A program made the position numbers and the translations under genes. Below are positions 39,078 through 51,620 of a DNA stretch of 64,000 nucleotides, piece by piece. This stretch comes from Camelus dromedarius (Eukaryota): NCBI RefSeq assembly GCF_036321535.1, contig NC_087436.1:72790001-72854000 (forward strand), in the 5' to 3' direction. Within the stretch, counting starts at the first letter, position 1. Every line of letters starts with the position of its first letter. The notes beneath the pieces are model-generated. The model saw only the letters and a program-made list of their open reading frames with translations, searched no databases and was not told the DNA's origin.

Positions 39078-40255
39078 GGACACAATCAAGAGAGTGGAAA
39101 GGCAACTCAGGGAATGGAAGAAAATACGTGCAAATCATATCTGGTAAGAGGTTAATATCAAGACTATGTAAAGAACTCCTACAGCTCAGTAACAGAAAAA
39201 CAAGAATCTGATTTAAAAATGGGCAAAGATATATCTGGAGAAGACTATACTTTGAAAAGATACGTGCACCTCCATGTTCATAGCAGCACTATTTACAACA
39301 GCCAAGACATGGAAGCAACCTAAATGCCCATCAACAAATGACTGGATAAGGAAGTTGTGGTATATTTATACAATGAAATACTACTCAACCATAAAAAAGA
39401 ATAAAATAATGCCATTTATAGCAACATGGGTGGACCTAGAGATTATCATTTTCAGTGAAGTAGGTCAGACAGAGAAATATCATATGATATCACTTATATG
39501 TGGAATCTGAAAAAAAAAGATACGAATTCTATTTACAAACCAAAAACAGACTCACAGACATAGAAAACAAGCTATGGTTACCAAAGGGGAAAGGGCGAGG
39601 AGCGATAAATTAGACATACATTACTATGTATAAAATAGATAAACAGCAAGGACCTACTGTATACCACAGGGAACTGTATTCAATATCTTGTAATAACATA
39701 ATGGAAAAGACTCTGAAAAGAAAAAAAATATGTACATATATGTATAACTGAATCACTTTGCTGTACACCTGAAATTAACGTTTTAAGTCAACTACACTTC
39801 AATAAAAATTTTAAAAAATAGTAACGGGCAGAGGATGTGAATAAACATTTCTCAAGAGAAGATAAACATACGACCAACAAGCACATGAAAGATGTTCAAC
39901 ATCACTAATCATTAGGGAAACACAACAGAAAACTGCATGAGATGCCACTTCACATCCATTAGTATGGATGCTATTTTAAAAGTTTTTTGAGTATTGGCAA
40001 TTATGTGGAGGAGCTGGAAGGCTTGTGCGCTGTCAGCACATGGTGAGGTGTAAAATGGTGCACTATACAAAAGAATATGGAAGTTCCTCTAAAATTTAAA
40101 AATATAATTCCCTTATGATCCAGAAATTCCACTTCTGGATGAATATCCAAAAGGAGTGAAAGCAGGAGCTAAAACAAATATATGTGCACCCACATTCATA
40201 GTAGCATTAATCACAATACCAAAAGGTAGAAGCAACCCAAATGCCCCTGAACAAA
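39078..40255 (+). mobile_element. Older L1 ORF2 fragment split by a younger L1
   Basis: gagagtggaaaggcaac...aaaaatgggcaaag, continuing gatgtgaataaacatttctc...cacattcatagtagcatta. Confidence 0.85.
39230..39820 (+). mobile_element. Young 5'-truncated L1
   Basis: ORF 39274 MFIAALFTTAKTWKQPKCPS...WYIYTMKYY is the ORF2p C-terminus; degenerate TSD aatgggcaaagat / aacgggcagaggat. Confidence 0.95.
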
Positions 40256-40477
40256 GTGTACTCGTCTCAAATCTTTGAGGATTTCCACCAACATCTTCTC
40301 TCCGAGTTGTCTGTACTTCCATTTGTTGTATCTTTTGTTTTGATCTTCCAAGCAAATTCAGTGTCCGTCACTGCTAATTAGTAACTTTAAAAAGAAAAAA
40401 AGCTTCTGCAAGCATTTAGCAAATTAATTTTCTGAGATCTATTTGTAGTTAGGAAAAAAATGGAGAACATATATCTT

Positions 40478-42152
40478 AATTTTATTTATTTTCTTCCAGT
40501 TTTTTTGAGATATAAGTGTAAGCTTGAGGTGTGCAGCATAATGACTTGACTCATATATATCATGAAAAGATTACCACAGTAAGTTAAGTGAATATCCATC
40601 ATCTTATAAAAATACAAAAATAAAGAAAGAGGAAAAATTATTTTCTGTGTGATGAGAACTTCTAGGATTTACTCATTTAACAAATGTCATGTATAACATA
40701 GAGTAGTGTTAATTATATTAATCATGTTATGTATTATATCCTTAGCACTGATTTACTTTATAACTGGAAGTTTGTAACCTTTGACCACCTGCCACCAATT
40801 CTCCTTCCCCCCCAGCCCATGCCTCTGGCAATGACAAATCTAGACACTTTTTCTATGAGTTTGTTTGTCTTTGAAGCATAATTGACCTACAATGTGATTT
40901 TAATTCTTAGTGCACAATATACTGACATGGTATTTCTATACATTATAAAGTGGTCATCATGACACTCTAGTTACCATCTGTCACCATACAAAAAATTACA
41001 TCATTATCAACTATATTGCCCGAACTGTACATTTCATACCTGTGACTAATTTATTTTGTAACTAGAAGTTTATACTGCTCAATCTCCCTCACCTATTTTT
41101 CTTATTCCCCCTTCTCCCCCCCGCACTCTGGCAACTACCTGTTTGTTCTTTGCATGACTCTGTTTCTGTTTTGTTATGTTTGTTCATTTGTTTTGCTATT
41201 TAGATTCCATACATAAGTGAAATCATACAGTATTTTCTTTGTCTGACACTTCATTTAGCACTTAGTAACCTCTAGGTCCATCCATGATGTCAAAAATGGC
41301 AAGATTTTATTTTTTATAGCTGAATAATATTCCATTGTATATACATACCACATCTTCTTTATCCATTCATCTGTTGATGGACACTTGGGTTGCTGTCATA
41401 TCTTGGCAATTGTAAATAATACTGCAATGAACATAGGAAAGAATATATATTCTGCTGCCTGTAGATGGAATGTTCTATATTATCTACTAAGTCTATCTGG
41501 TCTAATGTATTATTTAAGGTCAGTATTTTCTTGCTGATTTTCTATCTGGATGATCTGTCCATTGGTATAAGTGGATTGTTAAAGTCCCCTTAACACTAGT
41601 ACTGTGTTACTGTCAATTTTTCTCTTTACGTTTGTTAATATTTGCTTTATATATTTAGGTGTTCATATGTTGGGTACATATATATTTATAATTTTATTAT
41701 CTTCTTTTTGGATCAATCCCTTTATCATTATGTAATGTCCTTCTTTTTCTCTTGTTATAGTCTTCATTTTAAAGTCTGTTTTGTCTAACGTAAGTATTGC
41801 TACCCCAGCTTTCTTTTGATTTTCATTTTCATCCCCTCACTCTCAGTCTGGGCATGTCTTTAGATCTGAAGTGAGTTTCTTGTAGGGAGTATATATATAT
41901 GGGTCTTGTTTTTGTATCCACTCAGCCACTCTGTCTTTTGATTGAGGCACTAAGTCCTAAAGTAATTATTGATAGGTATGTACTTACTGCCATTTTGTTA
42001 CTTGTTTTCTGGTTTTTTTTTTCATAGTTCTTGTTTGTTCCTTTCTTCTTCTTTTCTCTCTTTTCTTGTGATTTGAAGTTTATCTTTCTTGTTGTGTTTG
42101 GATCCCTTTTTCTTTCCTGGGTGTGTGTATCTGTTATAGATTTTTGGTTTGT
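40478..42152 (-). mobile_element. L1 (L1MA-like) with a large internal deletion
   Basis: 3' UTR and ORF2 end at 40478-41437 join the endonuclease region and ORF1/ORF2 spacer; ORF 41922 MAVSTYLSIITL is the ORF2p N-terminus. Confidence 0.85.
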
Positions 42153-43000
42153 AGGGGAGGAAGACCACAAAGGTAAAATACCTTTATCACCACATTATAT
42201 CTAGGATATATATTGTTGATTACTTATCACTGATGATGTTAACCTTGGTTACCTGGCTGGGGTAATGTTTGTCAGGTTTCTCCGCTGTGCAGTTACTACT
42301 TTCTGACTGGACATACTGTGCTCTTTGAAAGGAAGTCACCATAGCAGCCCATACGTGAGGAGTATGCTTCACTTCCCTGAGGGAAGAGTATCTACATGCT
42401 TTATTTGAAATTCTTCTCCATGGGATTTTTGTCTCATTTCTCCCATGTATGTATGTATGTGTGTGTGTATTCAGTTGTTTACTTATATCAGTTTAGACTA
42501 ATGGATATATATTCCATACTTTGAGTTATAATACAATGCTACTTTATTTTCTTGATCGAATTACTCCAGATTTGATCACTGGGGGCTCTTTCAGTATGAT
42601 CCTCTTTCCGCTTGACCCCATGATTGTGAAGTTTTGTTGTTGCTGCACTTTCTTACTTTCTGACCCTATAAGATGTAACAGGCTCATCTTATGTATTTTC
42701 TTGCCCCAGTCCTAGAATCAGCCATTTCTCCATGAATTCCTGGATCCTTTTACTGGAGAATGATATTTAAAATCAACATCCAGGTGTTGACAATGCTGGT
42801 TGCCAGTGTGGTATTATTGCTTCAAGTCCCTCTCAATTTATGGAGCAAGGTGATATATGAGCTTATCAATAAATATTTACATAGTTATCCATCTGTATTA
42901 ATGTAAACTATAGTTAATATTGATATCTCCAACTATAATTCATTGCTACATGAATCATTCTAGCCTTCTCCTTGTTTGCCTATAAACTTTCATTCCAACT
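42153..43000 (-). mobile_element. L1MC-like 3' region
   Basis: tgatgttaaccttggttacctggctggggtaatgtttgtcaggtttctcc; tcctagaatcagccatttctcc. Confidence 0.8.
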
Positions 43001-44199
43001 GGCTTGTCTATAACAGGTGAAAAGCCTTGCTCTTCTGGGGATTTCTTTATTCATTGGTCCCATAAGTAATTTTGATTGCCTGTTATGTGTCTAGTATCAC
43101 CTATTATCTGAAATAGATAGAAAGGATTGGGCAGAGAATAAAACAGACAGAAGTTCTGCCCCTGTGAAGCTTATGTACTAGCAGTCAGATGAAGTGAACA
43201 TGAAACCTCTTTAAGGGATACATATTCAATCCAAGCCTCAGATTTTACATTTCTCACTTGCTTGCTAGCTCAGTGATATACTTTAAAAGATTCTTTTTTT
43301 ATATTCATCATGTGTTGTTTTCAGCAAGAGAGTGTTCAGAGTATGTAATCTGCCATATTGCCAGAAATCAACAATTTTTTAAGTTAATTTCTTTTGAAGC
43401 TCAGTTTATGAAATAATCCCTGGATTTCAAGATCAACACTGCACACATATTTAAATGTACTTAGTCCTAGTACAATATACTAATTCTTGTGCTTTTCCTT
43501 TCTCATTTCCTTGAACGTGGCCTTTCCATTACTCTCTTGGAGGCATTCCCAATGCCTAAAAGAGAAGTAATATTATTGAAGCAAAAATAAAGAGGAAGAA
43601 AGAGTCTGTGTTATCAAGGGGAGGGTGTGTGTGGTTTAATTCTACAATAATCTTTTGGTAATCAAAAAGGAAGTTCTTTAGGAACCTTGGAGATTGCATC
43701 ATAATAATTGAATGGGAAAAAGAATAGGGAAAGAACCAAACTTCTTCTCCCTCTCTAGATCCCTGACCTTGGAGCCCTGGTAACTTGCCTGGGTTGTTGG
43801 GAAAGTGAAGGAGGATCACTTGGAGAAAAGCAGAGACAGCCCCAGGAGCCTGGCTCTCCTGGCGGCTCTAGCCAATGAAGCCAGTGGAGACTAACTATGT
43901 AGGGATCTTTGGTCCTTCAGAGGAAAAGAATTACATTAGCTGTTGTCTCCTTGCCCTGCGGTATGCCCCTCCTCTGGTCAGTTCGCTACATAATGCATGT
44001 GACCCATCCAGTGGAACACCCAACCACACCCCAAGACTTTGCTGAGGCCCATCCAAACTGTCTTGTGAGGACGCCATCACCCTTTTTTCAACAGCACATG
44101 ACACATGAAGCAAAACAAAGGGTGGAACCCTCGGTACCTAAATGAACAGTGGGGATATGGGAATGAAAGTCCAGCACAAGTGTTTGGTGTGGAGCTGAA

Positions 44200-44290
44200 G
44201 ATGCACACACACATATGTGCTGCATTGTGTGTGTGTGTGAACACGTACACACTCACATACACACATACACACTCACATGCACACATACAC
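44200..44290. repeat. (CA)/(TG) alternating purine-pyrimidine tract
   Basis: Seen directly. Confidence 0.9.
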
Positions 44291-45891
44291 CTTTTCCTTC
44301 ATTTAGATACAGAGTAGAGATGCATCCAACCTAAATACATTCATCTTAAAATAAAATAAGTAAGGAAACTTTAAACCAGTTTTGCTGCCAAGTGTTATTT
44401 GGATGAGGATGAGGATGGACTTGGAAGCTGGAACCTAGTGTTCATTCTGCACTAGACTGAGCCTACCAGGGAACAGCCACAGCTAAGACATTCTCTAGCA
44501 GATACTTCCTAAGATGGACAAAAATCCACACCTTTTAGAAACACATTTAACTAAATAATTTATCATTGCAGGCTTTAAGGCCTATTCTTATGACAGACTA
44601 CACACCAAACCTTTTAGGGAGTAGGGAGGCTTCTGGCAACGTGAGCCCTAGGATTCCGACAGCAGACCTGTCGGCAGGGCAGCCAGTTAAAACAGATGCT
44701 CCTAAAAAAAGCGACCTTCCAGGGAGAGATGTGAGATTTCACATTCAAACAAAAGCCACTCTGCTGTGGCCTCTACTTCTGCTAACCATGGACTAAAAAT
44801 ACCAAGTGAACATTAACAAACCCACACACCTCATCCATCTCTGTCCTCAGAGGAATGCCAGCAAACCTGCAACCATTCCAGGGAAATGTCTGACCAGACA
44901 GGGCAGAGCTCCAGGAAGCTGAGAGGATGGGACAGAGGCTTGAAAATTAGGCCAGACAAAGACTTTTTACAGAGAAGAGATTTCATCAACAATTTTTAAA
45001 ATGCCTTTTGAAGTGGAAGCCTGCAAATGCTTATGACAGATGAGTATTTTAAAAGGAATCTTTATAGCACCTCTTTATCAAAAATAGAAGAAAATTTGTG
45101 GGCAATTTCAGAAGCATATTACATCCAAAGCTCTTACCTTACTGAGTGGAATGATGACTTTTTAAGGTGTTTATTTACACATAGTGAGAAACATGAGAAA
45201 CTTCACTAGACACGGAGGATTAAGGAGCTCCAAAGACCCAGGGTGGACAGACCTCTAGTTGTCCGTCCTTTCCATGTCTTTCAGTATTAAATGTTCACCA
45301 CACGCAATACACTCTTTCAGTAACTATCCATAGTCTTCTCTCCTGCCCTAGAACAGAGAACTTAACACATAAACAATGTGCAGTAAAAGGCATTTTTATC
45401 CAGTGTAATCGGAGAGCAGAAAGTATAATTGATTCTGTAGGGCATGGACTCTGAAAAGGTTGTCAACTAACTGAAACTTCCTTTTAAACATTGGTTTCTT
45501 TTACAGAAAGCTTCACAGGCTCTTTATTTCTTTCCTGAATTGTCTTCATCTTTCATTCCCAGTTTGCCTTCTGTTAATTCCCATCGACAAGGGCTAGTTA
45601 CCTCCCCTAAGAAAGTAACACCAACAGTGTCCTCAATTTACCATGGCTTGAACCATACTCTTTATCCCAGGACGACTCCTCTGATTAACCCAAGTGTGGC
45701 CCGCAATCAGTACTCCCTGTGTTTGTCTTAAAGACGTATCCCAAGTGTCAGGGGTGCAGATGGCTGCAAAGTACTCCACCTTCAAGAGTCATCTTCTCCT
45801 TTAAGACATAAATAAAGGAAGCAGAATATCTATTTCACATACAGTGGAAAATCCGAAATCTCCAAAGATTCAAGGGAGAGGGGACCTTAAC

Positions 45892-46283
45892 TTTCCTTCT
45901 TTCTTTTTTTGAAGTATAGTTGATCTACAATGTTGTGTTAGTTTCTGGTGTACAGCATAGTGACTCAGTTATACCTATATACATATTCTTTTTCACTATA
46001 GGTTATTGTAAGATATTGAATATAGTTCCCTGTGCTATACAGTAGGTCATTGTTGTTTATTTATTTTATATATAGTTGCTTGTATCTGCTAACCCCAAAT
46101 TCCTAATTTATCCCTTCTACCCTTCCCCTTTGGTAACCATGTTTGTTTTTTATGTTTGTGGATCTCTTTCGGTTTTGTAAATAAGCTCAGTTGTATCATT
46201 TTTTTAGACTCCACATATAATTGATATCATATGACATTTGTCTTTCTCTGTCTGACTCACTTCACTTAATGTGATCTTCTCTA
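45892..46283 (-). mobile_element. Young L1 3' UTR fragment
   Basis: TSD ggaccttaac (45882-45891) / ggatcttaac (46284-46293); T-rich tail. Confidence 0.9.
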
Positions 46284-47492
46284 GGATCTTAACATTTTCC
46301 CAGCCACCTTTAGTGCCTGTCTGCTGCTCAGTTCTTTAACCCTTCTGCATCTTATCTCATTTCACATGACCCTCTCCCTCACCTGTTTACTGGCCAGCAG
46401 ATGTTTCCCTGCTTCTTGAAGTTCCTACCATGCCACCAAAAGTGTGAGTACAGAAGAAATCATCTCAGTGTAGCTCTGCAGTCAGCCTAAAATCTAAACT
46501 AGCCCTACTGGTTCTTAAAAGTTTCTTCTGGGTTCCTGCCACTAGGAACAACAATTTCTCCACCTCCCCGATGCCTCAAGGTTTCCTAGGAAAGAACGAA
46601 GCTGCAGGGAGACTGAAGCCTACACTATTTCCAGGACCCTTTTTAGGATGAGTATTACAAAGTTATGGATACAAAACTAGATACAGGACCTTGGAAAGTG
46701 CCATCCAAATGAGCCTAAGCTTCACCAGCTTCCCTGTCTCCACATTGCTCTGACATTGACTTTCTTCCTTGTACACAACAGCCCCCAACTCTTCAATCTG
46801 TGATGTTTTCCTTATGAAGAACCAAGAGGGATCAGCTTTCATAACCAGAAAATGATAGAATATACTCCGCAAAATAACGTAATTTTCTCTCCAAATATTT
46901 CAGAGCCTACAGCTTCTAAATGAGCATGCTGAACTTCTGTTGTACTTAGCTAGCAAATGCATTTTGAGTTCCAGATTCCCTCTCCCTTTATCTACTTAGA
47001 AGTCACCCTTTCCCTCCACATGTGTCTACCACAACCATTCTAGCCAAGACATATAATTTCAGATTTCACTGAGAACGTAGCTCCCTTAAGTTGAAGGAGC
47101 TGGGATGTATTGCTAGCTGAGATATGACAGTTCCTGCTCAGGGGTGTGAGTAAACTGAGTGACAACTGATGTGTGCTCCAGTCTTTGGTTGAATAGGGAG
47201 AAGCACTTATAGAAGAGAGGCCCAGCCCTCTTCTGTGAAATATGAAGTAGAAAGGACATCATGATCTATTCAGCCAATTCTAAAAGCATTTTTCAAAATC
47301 CTGTATTTCAGGGCAAAAGCTGAGCTTCAAATGGTGGTGAGAGGTGGGAGCTATCTATCAGGCTATGTGGTAAGGAGACTTTGAGGGAAATCTATGTCCA
47401 AAGGCAGGTAAGTTGCTCCCAGCAAAGCTAGGCCTGATAAAATCTCATGAAGTGGGGTCCTTGATCTGTATCTTATTGGTGATGATAACAAA

Positions 47493-47730
47493 GGATAAAT
47501 AGGGAGTTCGAGGTTTGCAGATACTAGCTACTATATATAAAATAGATAAACAATAAGTTTCTTCTGTATAGCACAGGAAACTATATTTAATATTTTGTAG
47601 TAACCTATAATAAAAAAGAATGTGAAAACAAATAAATGTGTATATATATATATATATAATTGAAACATCATGCTGTACACCGGAAATTGATGCAACATTG
47701 TAAACTGACTGTACTTTGATAAAAAAAGAG
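47493..47730 (+). mobile_element. Short young L1 3'-UTR tail
   Basis: ggataaatgggagttcgaggtttgcagatactagctac...; flanking ataacaaa direct repeat. Confidence 0.9.
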
Positions 47731-47739
47731 AACAATAAC

Positions 47740-48145
47740 AAAAATAGCTGCCAATTACTGAGAACTTATTTCCAGCAGAAACTGTGCTAAGTGTGTTGGA
47801 TAATAACACACTACAAATGACTCTTGCCCAACAAGGATTTGAATTGCATGGGTCCACGTAGACAAAGATTTTTTTCAATAATGAATACCACTGTGTGACA
47901 TGATCCACAGTTGGTTGAATCCCCAGATACAGAACCGCGGGTGTGGAGAGCTGACTGTAAAGTTACACACGGATCTTCAGCAGCATCCCTAACTTCCATG
48001 TTGCTCTGAGGTCAACTGTAATTCTCATACCAGTTCTGAAAGGGAGATGTCACTATCCTCCATTTTACAGGAAGGAGACAGACCCAGGATCTGAAGTGAT
48101 GCAGCTGATGGTGTAACTTACAGATTTAGAGTCAACTTCCTGACT
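47740..48145 (-). mobile_element. MIR interrupted by a Tigger MITE
   Basis: aatagctgccaattactgagaactta...actgtgctaag; resumes cactatcctccattttacagg. Confidence 0.75.
47814..48018. mobile_element. Tigger1-derived MITE (205 bp)
   Basis: TA TSDs at 47812-47813 and 48019-48020; degenerate terminal inverted repeats caaatgactcttgcccaaca / tgttgctctgaggtcaactg. Confidence 0.85.
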
Positions 48146-48162
48146 ATTTTAGAGCGGTGGGA

Positions 48163-48353
48163 GTGGGGGAAGTCAGCAGACTTCTCCTGTAAAGAGCCAA
48201 ACAGGCAATATTTTTGGTTTCATGGGCCACATTGCCTCTGCTCACTACTCAGCCCTGAGGCTATGGTGTGAAAGTAGCCATAAACAGATGGATGTGGCTG
48301 TGTTCCAATTAAACTTTCTTTACCAAAATAATCTGCGTAGTTTGCCAACCCCC
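48163..48353. mobile_element. MER58A-like hAT MITE
   Basis: ctgtaaagagccaaacaggcaatattttt...tgtggctgtgttccaattaaacttt...gtagtttgccaacccc. Confidence 0.85.
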
Positions 48354-48462
48354 AACTAAAAGAATGCTTTCACCAGGTTTTCTTAAAGAGATTAGAGTAA
48401 GAGAACCATCATTTGATCTAACAGAGAAATCCCAATGGATGCAGAGGGCTTAAATAGATAAG

Positions 48463-48712
48463 GAGGCAAGATAGCATTGTGGCTAATAATCTTGGCTCGG
48501 GGGTCAGACTGCTGAGCTTTGAATTTCAGCTCAGACACTTGTTAGCCATGTGGCTTTGGGTAAGAACTTCACCTGAGCCTCAATTTTCTCATCTGAACAA
48601 TGGAATAGTAATAATACCTACTTCATAGGGTTGTGAGAAATAAATTTTAAAAATCAATGTAATATCTTAGTGCAATGCTGGCTTATTATAAGCACTCAAT
48701 AAATATTAATTA
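48463..48712 (+). mobile_element. MIR SINE, near full length
   Basis: gaggcaagatagcattgtggctaa...ctgagcctcaattttctcatctg...taagcactcaataaat. Confidence 0.9.
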
Positions 48713-49946
48713 GTTGGGTGTTCAAGGGTACTTCCCCAGGTGTTTTGGCTTTTTCTGGCTAAATCCTCATAGCTAGGAACCCAAGTGATATGTCCCTACA
48801 CTCTCTGAAGACATCTGCTCTTTACAACTTCCAAGCAGTTTATTCAAAGAGAGCAAACCCAGTGCTGAGACCATCACTCCATCTAGGCTCTGTTAAAGCA
48901 CACTTGGCCTTCAAAAGGAGGGCTGTTGAGAATGGAACGCATGGAGGTAAAGTGGGGAGGTCAAGTGGGGGCCCTCTTCGCTTCACCTAAGCCAAGTAAG
49001 GAAAAACCTCCAGAACAGCTATTAGAGATGGAAGAGGAGACGGATATCTCACCCCTGTTCACTAAACCATGGAAGTGCAAGTCCAGGTGCTTCCATGAGA
49101 AAGAAGGAGAGCATGCCGAGAGAATTAATGGGGGGGAATGACATAGATACCTTTGAATGTATGGATTACAAGAACATAGAGGTTGATGCTGGTTTCCACA
49201 TGGAGCATGTTGAAATGCTGGTGTATTCTAGGAGAGGGGAGCAAAAAGAGAAGGGTCAGCAATTAGGCAAAGTCCAGTCCCACCACTCAGTGATACAGGA
49301 TGCATGAATTTCCCATGGGTCAATTATAGCCAAAACATATCCAAGCATGAGCTGCTGTACATGGGCCCTATTCAGAAGTGCCAGCACTGGAATGGAGGTG
49401 GTTTACCAGGTGGTCAGGGGGTAAATCTGAAGGGTTTCAATAGTCACCTAGATATACTCTGTCTGCATCAAGGAGTGATGGAAAACACTGGCAATCCCAT
49501 CACTACAGCTTCAGGAGGGTATGACTCTGCACCTTTTTTTTCAATTCTTCCCTCTGTCCTAACCCTGGAGAAGACAGGGCAGGAGGGTTTACAAGGATTA
49601 AAGAGTGAACAAAAAGAGACCATGCCCCTTTCTCCTCACAGAAATCCCCAAACCAAAGGTCACTATTCCATTACTGGGGAGGGAGGCAAGTTTTTAATTG
49701 GATATGAGATTGAAATTTTGATTTTTCTACATTTTTTAAGGTCTGACAGTCAGAGTCACCAAAAATGGCTATTTTTCTAAGAACTGAAGTCAACAGAAAA
49801 TATGTGAGAGCTGTCAAAAATTACATCCAAAGTACAGAAGGGAGATCAGAAACAAAATGTTTAAAGGGAGACGTGGGAACAAACTAAACCCTTTTTTGTT
49901 TGTGAGCCTGCTGACTTCAGCCCACTTAATAAACTGGTTGCATTTG

Positions 49947-49985
49947 CTATTATTATTATTATTATCATTATTGTTATTATTATTA
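49947..49985. repeat. (TTA)n microsatellite
   Basis: Seen directly. Confidence 0.9.
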
Positions 49986-50899
49986 AGACTGGACATGTGC
50001 ATGTACATGAAGGTAGAGAATAAAATGTGTAGAAACAGTAAGGGGATATTTTAGCTAAGGCGTGTCCAACGTGTGGGATAGACAAGGGGTAAAGGGAAGC
50101 GATGTGAGCTCGAGCAAGGGAAATATACACTCATTGAGTAAGAAGACAGATCGTGGATCTGCAGGGGCACATGGATGCTCTCAGGCACACCAGTGGAGAC
50201 TGTTTTCCCCACTGTCTTAAAGCAAAAGCTGTATTATCCATAGGAGAGGAGGATGGGCAGATCACAGATGTCTACCACTAAGAGCAAGCTCTTTGGCTGT
50301 GATTTTTCATACATAGAATCAACCCAGAGAAAATAGACAAGAAGCCTACTAAATGTTTAAGAAACTATGGTGGCAGGGGACCCCAGGCCTGGTGGACAAG
50401 CCTTGTGAGTACTTAACACATAAAGCAAAACCAGGGTCCCTAAACTTGTACCATTGGGAGGGGCTAAAAACGATGTGCAGTCACCAAGTGGGGCATCTTT
50501 CCTGTGTTCATGGAGGAGGACGAATAATGAGAATCCTCCCCAGGGGCACAGAGAGGGGCTGCCAGTTTGGTTAACCAAGAAGTAGAGTCCCTTTCAAGAC
50601 AGACAGTCTTTGCAATTCTGCACCAGCATGATTTGGTGTTGCCTGTGAGCCAGACACAGCTCTTTGCTCACTGTTTCCATCACCGTATACTGTGCATGTT
50701 GAAGACAGATAATTTTGGTTTATGGGTCACTAGAGCATGAGCTCCATTCAGAGGACACCATGCCACAGCAGGTTTCTGAACTTGGAGCTGGATATGGTAA
50801 CTGGATGAGACTGAGTGTGGTCTCCCTTGGGAAAGGGAGAATGTGTTCGCTGATAGGGAAGAAAGGCCAGAGAGGATGCTGGGGAGCCAGGGGATGGGC

Positions 50900-51188
50900 A
50901 GAGTCAAATATTTTGGATTATCTACCTTAAGTCTATTCCCTGTGCCCTTCCCCTGGACCTCCTCTATTACTAAGGCTGAAAAGCAAAATACCCACCTTCC
51001 CAGACATGCTTGCAGCTTGAGGTGATTGAGTGACCCAGAACTGGCCAATGAGGCGTAAATGGAAGTTACCCATGAGACTTCTAGGAAGTATTTTTTTTAA
51101 TTGGAGTATGGTTGATTTACAATGTTGTGTTAGTTTCTGATGTACAGCATAGTGATTCAGTCATATATATGTATATATATATATACAA

Positions 51189-51225
<37 letters not shown>

Positions 51226-51620
51226 CTTTTTCAGATTTTTTTCTATTATAGGTTGTTACAGGATATTGAATATAGTTCCCTATGCTCTACAATAGGTCCT
51301 TGCTGTTTCTTGATTGTCTTTTAAGGAATGAATTTGGCCGCCATTCTCTTTAGCCCTTCCTCCTTTTTTGCTGACCTCCTCTTTTCTCTTCTTGCCTAGA
51401 CTAGGTGGACAATCCCTGGAGGTGCAGCAGCCGTTCTACAGTAGAGAAGATGGAATTTAAGAATAGAGGAATAGAGAGACAGAAGGAACCACTTTGACAT
51501 CACTGAGCAGCTGCCCCAGATCCTCACATCGTCTTATGTGAGAAAACCAGACCTCCATCTGGTGAAACTACTGTGATTGAATTTTCTGCCATTTAGATTT
51601 GAATTAATTCATGTGATAAA
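50900..51620 (+). mobile_element. Old MLT1 LTR split by an L1 tail
   Basis: ccttcccagacatgcttgcagc...gtgacccagaactggccaatgag; ctggaggtgcagcagcc; tgacatcactgagcagctg. Confidence 0.7.
51090..51310 (-). mobile_element. Short young L1 tail containing (TA)n(CA)n
   Basis: ttttttttaattggagtatggttgatttacaatgttg...tatagttccctatgctctacaataggtcc; (CA)n at 51190-51219. Confidence 0.9.

Noticed and set aside
37710..40255. Head-to-head L1 pieces as one twin-primed element
   Set aside because: The two pieces cover overlapping ORF2 coordinates, so separate insertions are more likely
40480..41150. Duplicated block in the L1 3' UTR
   Set aside because: Likely an intrinsic feature of this L1MA-lineage 3' UTR rather than a local event
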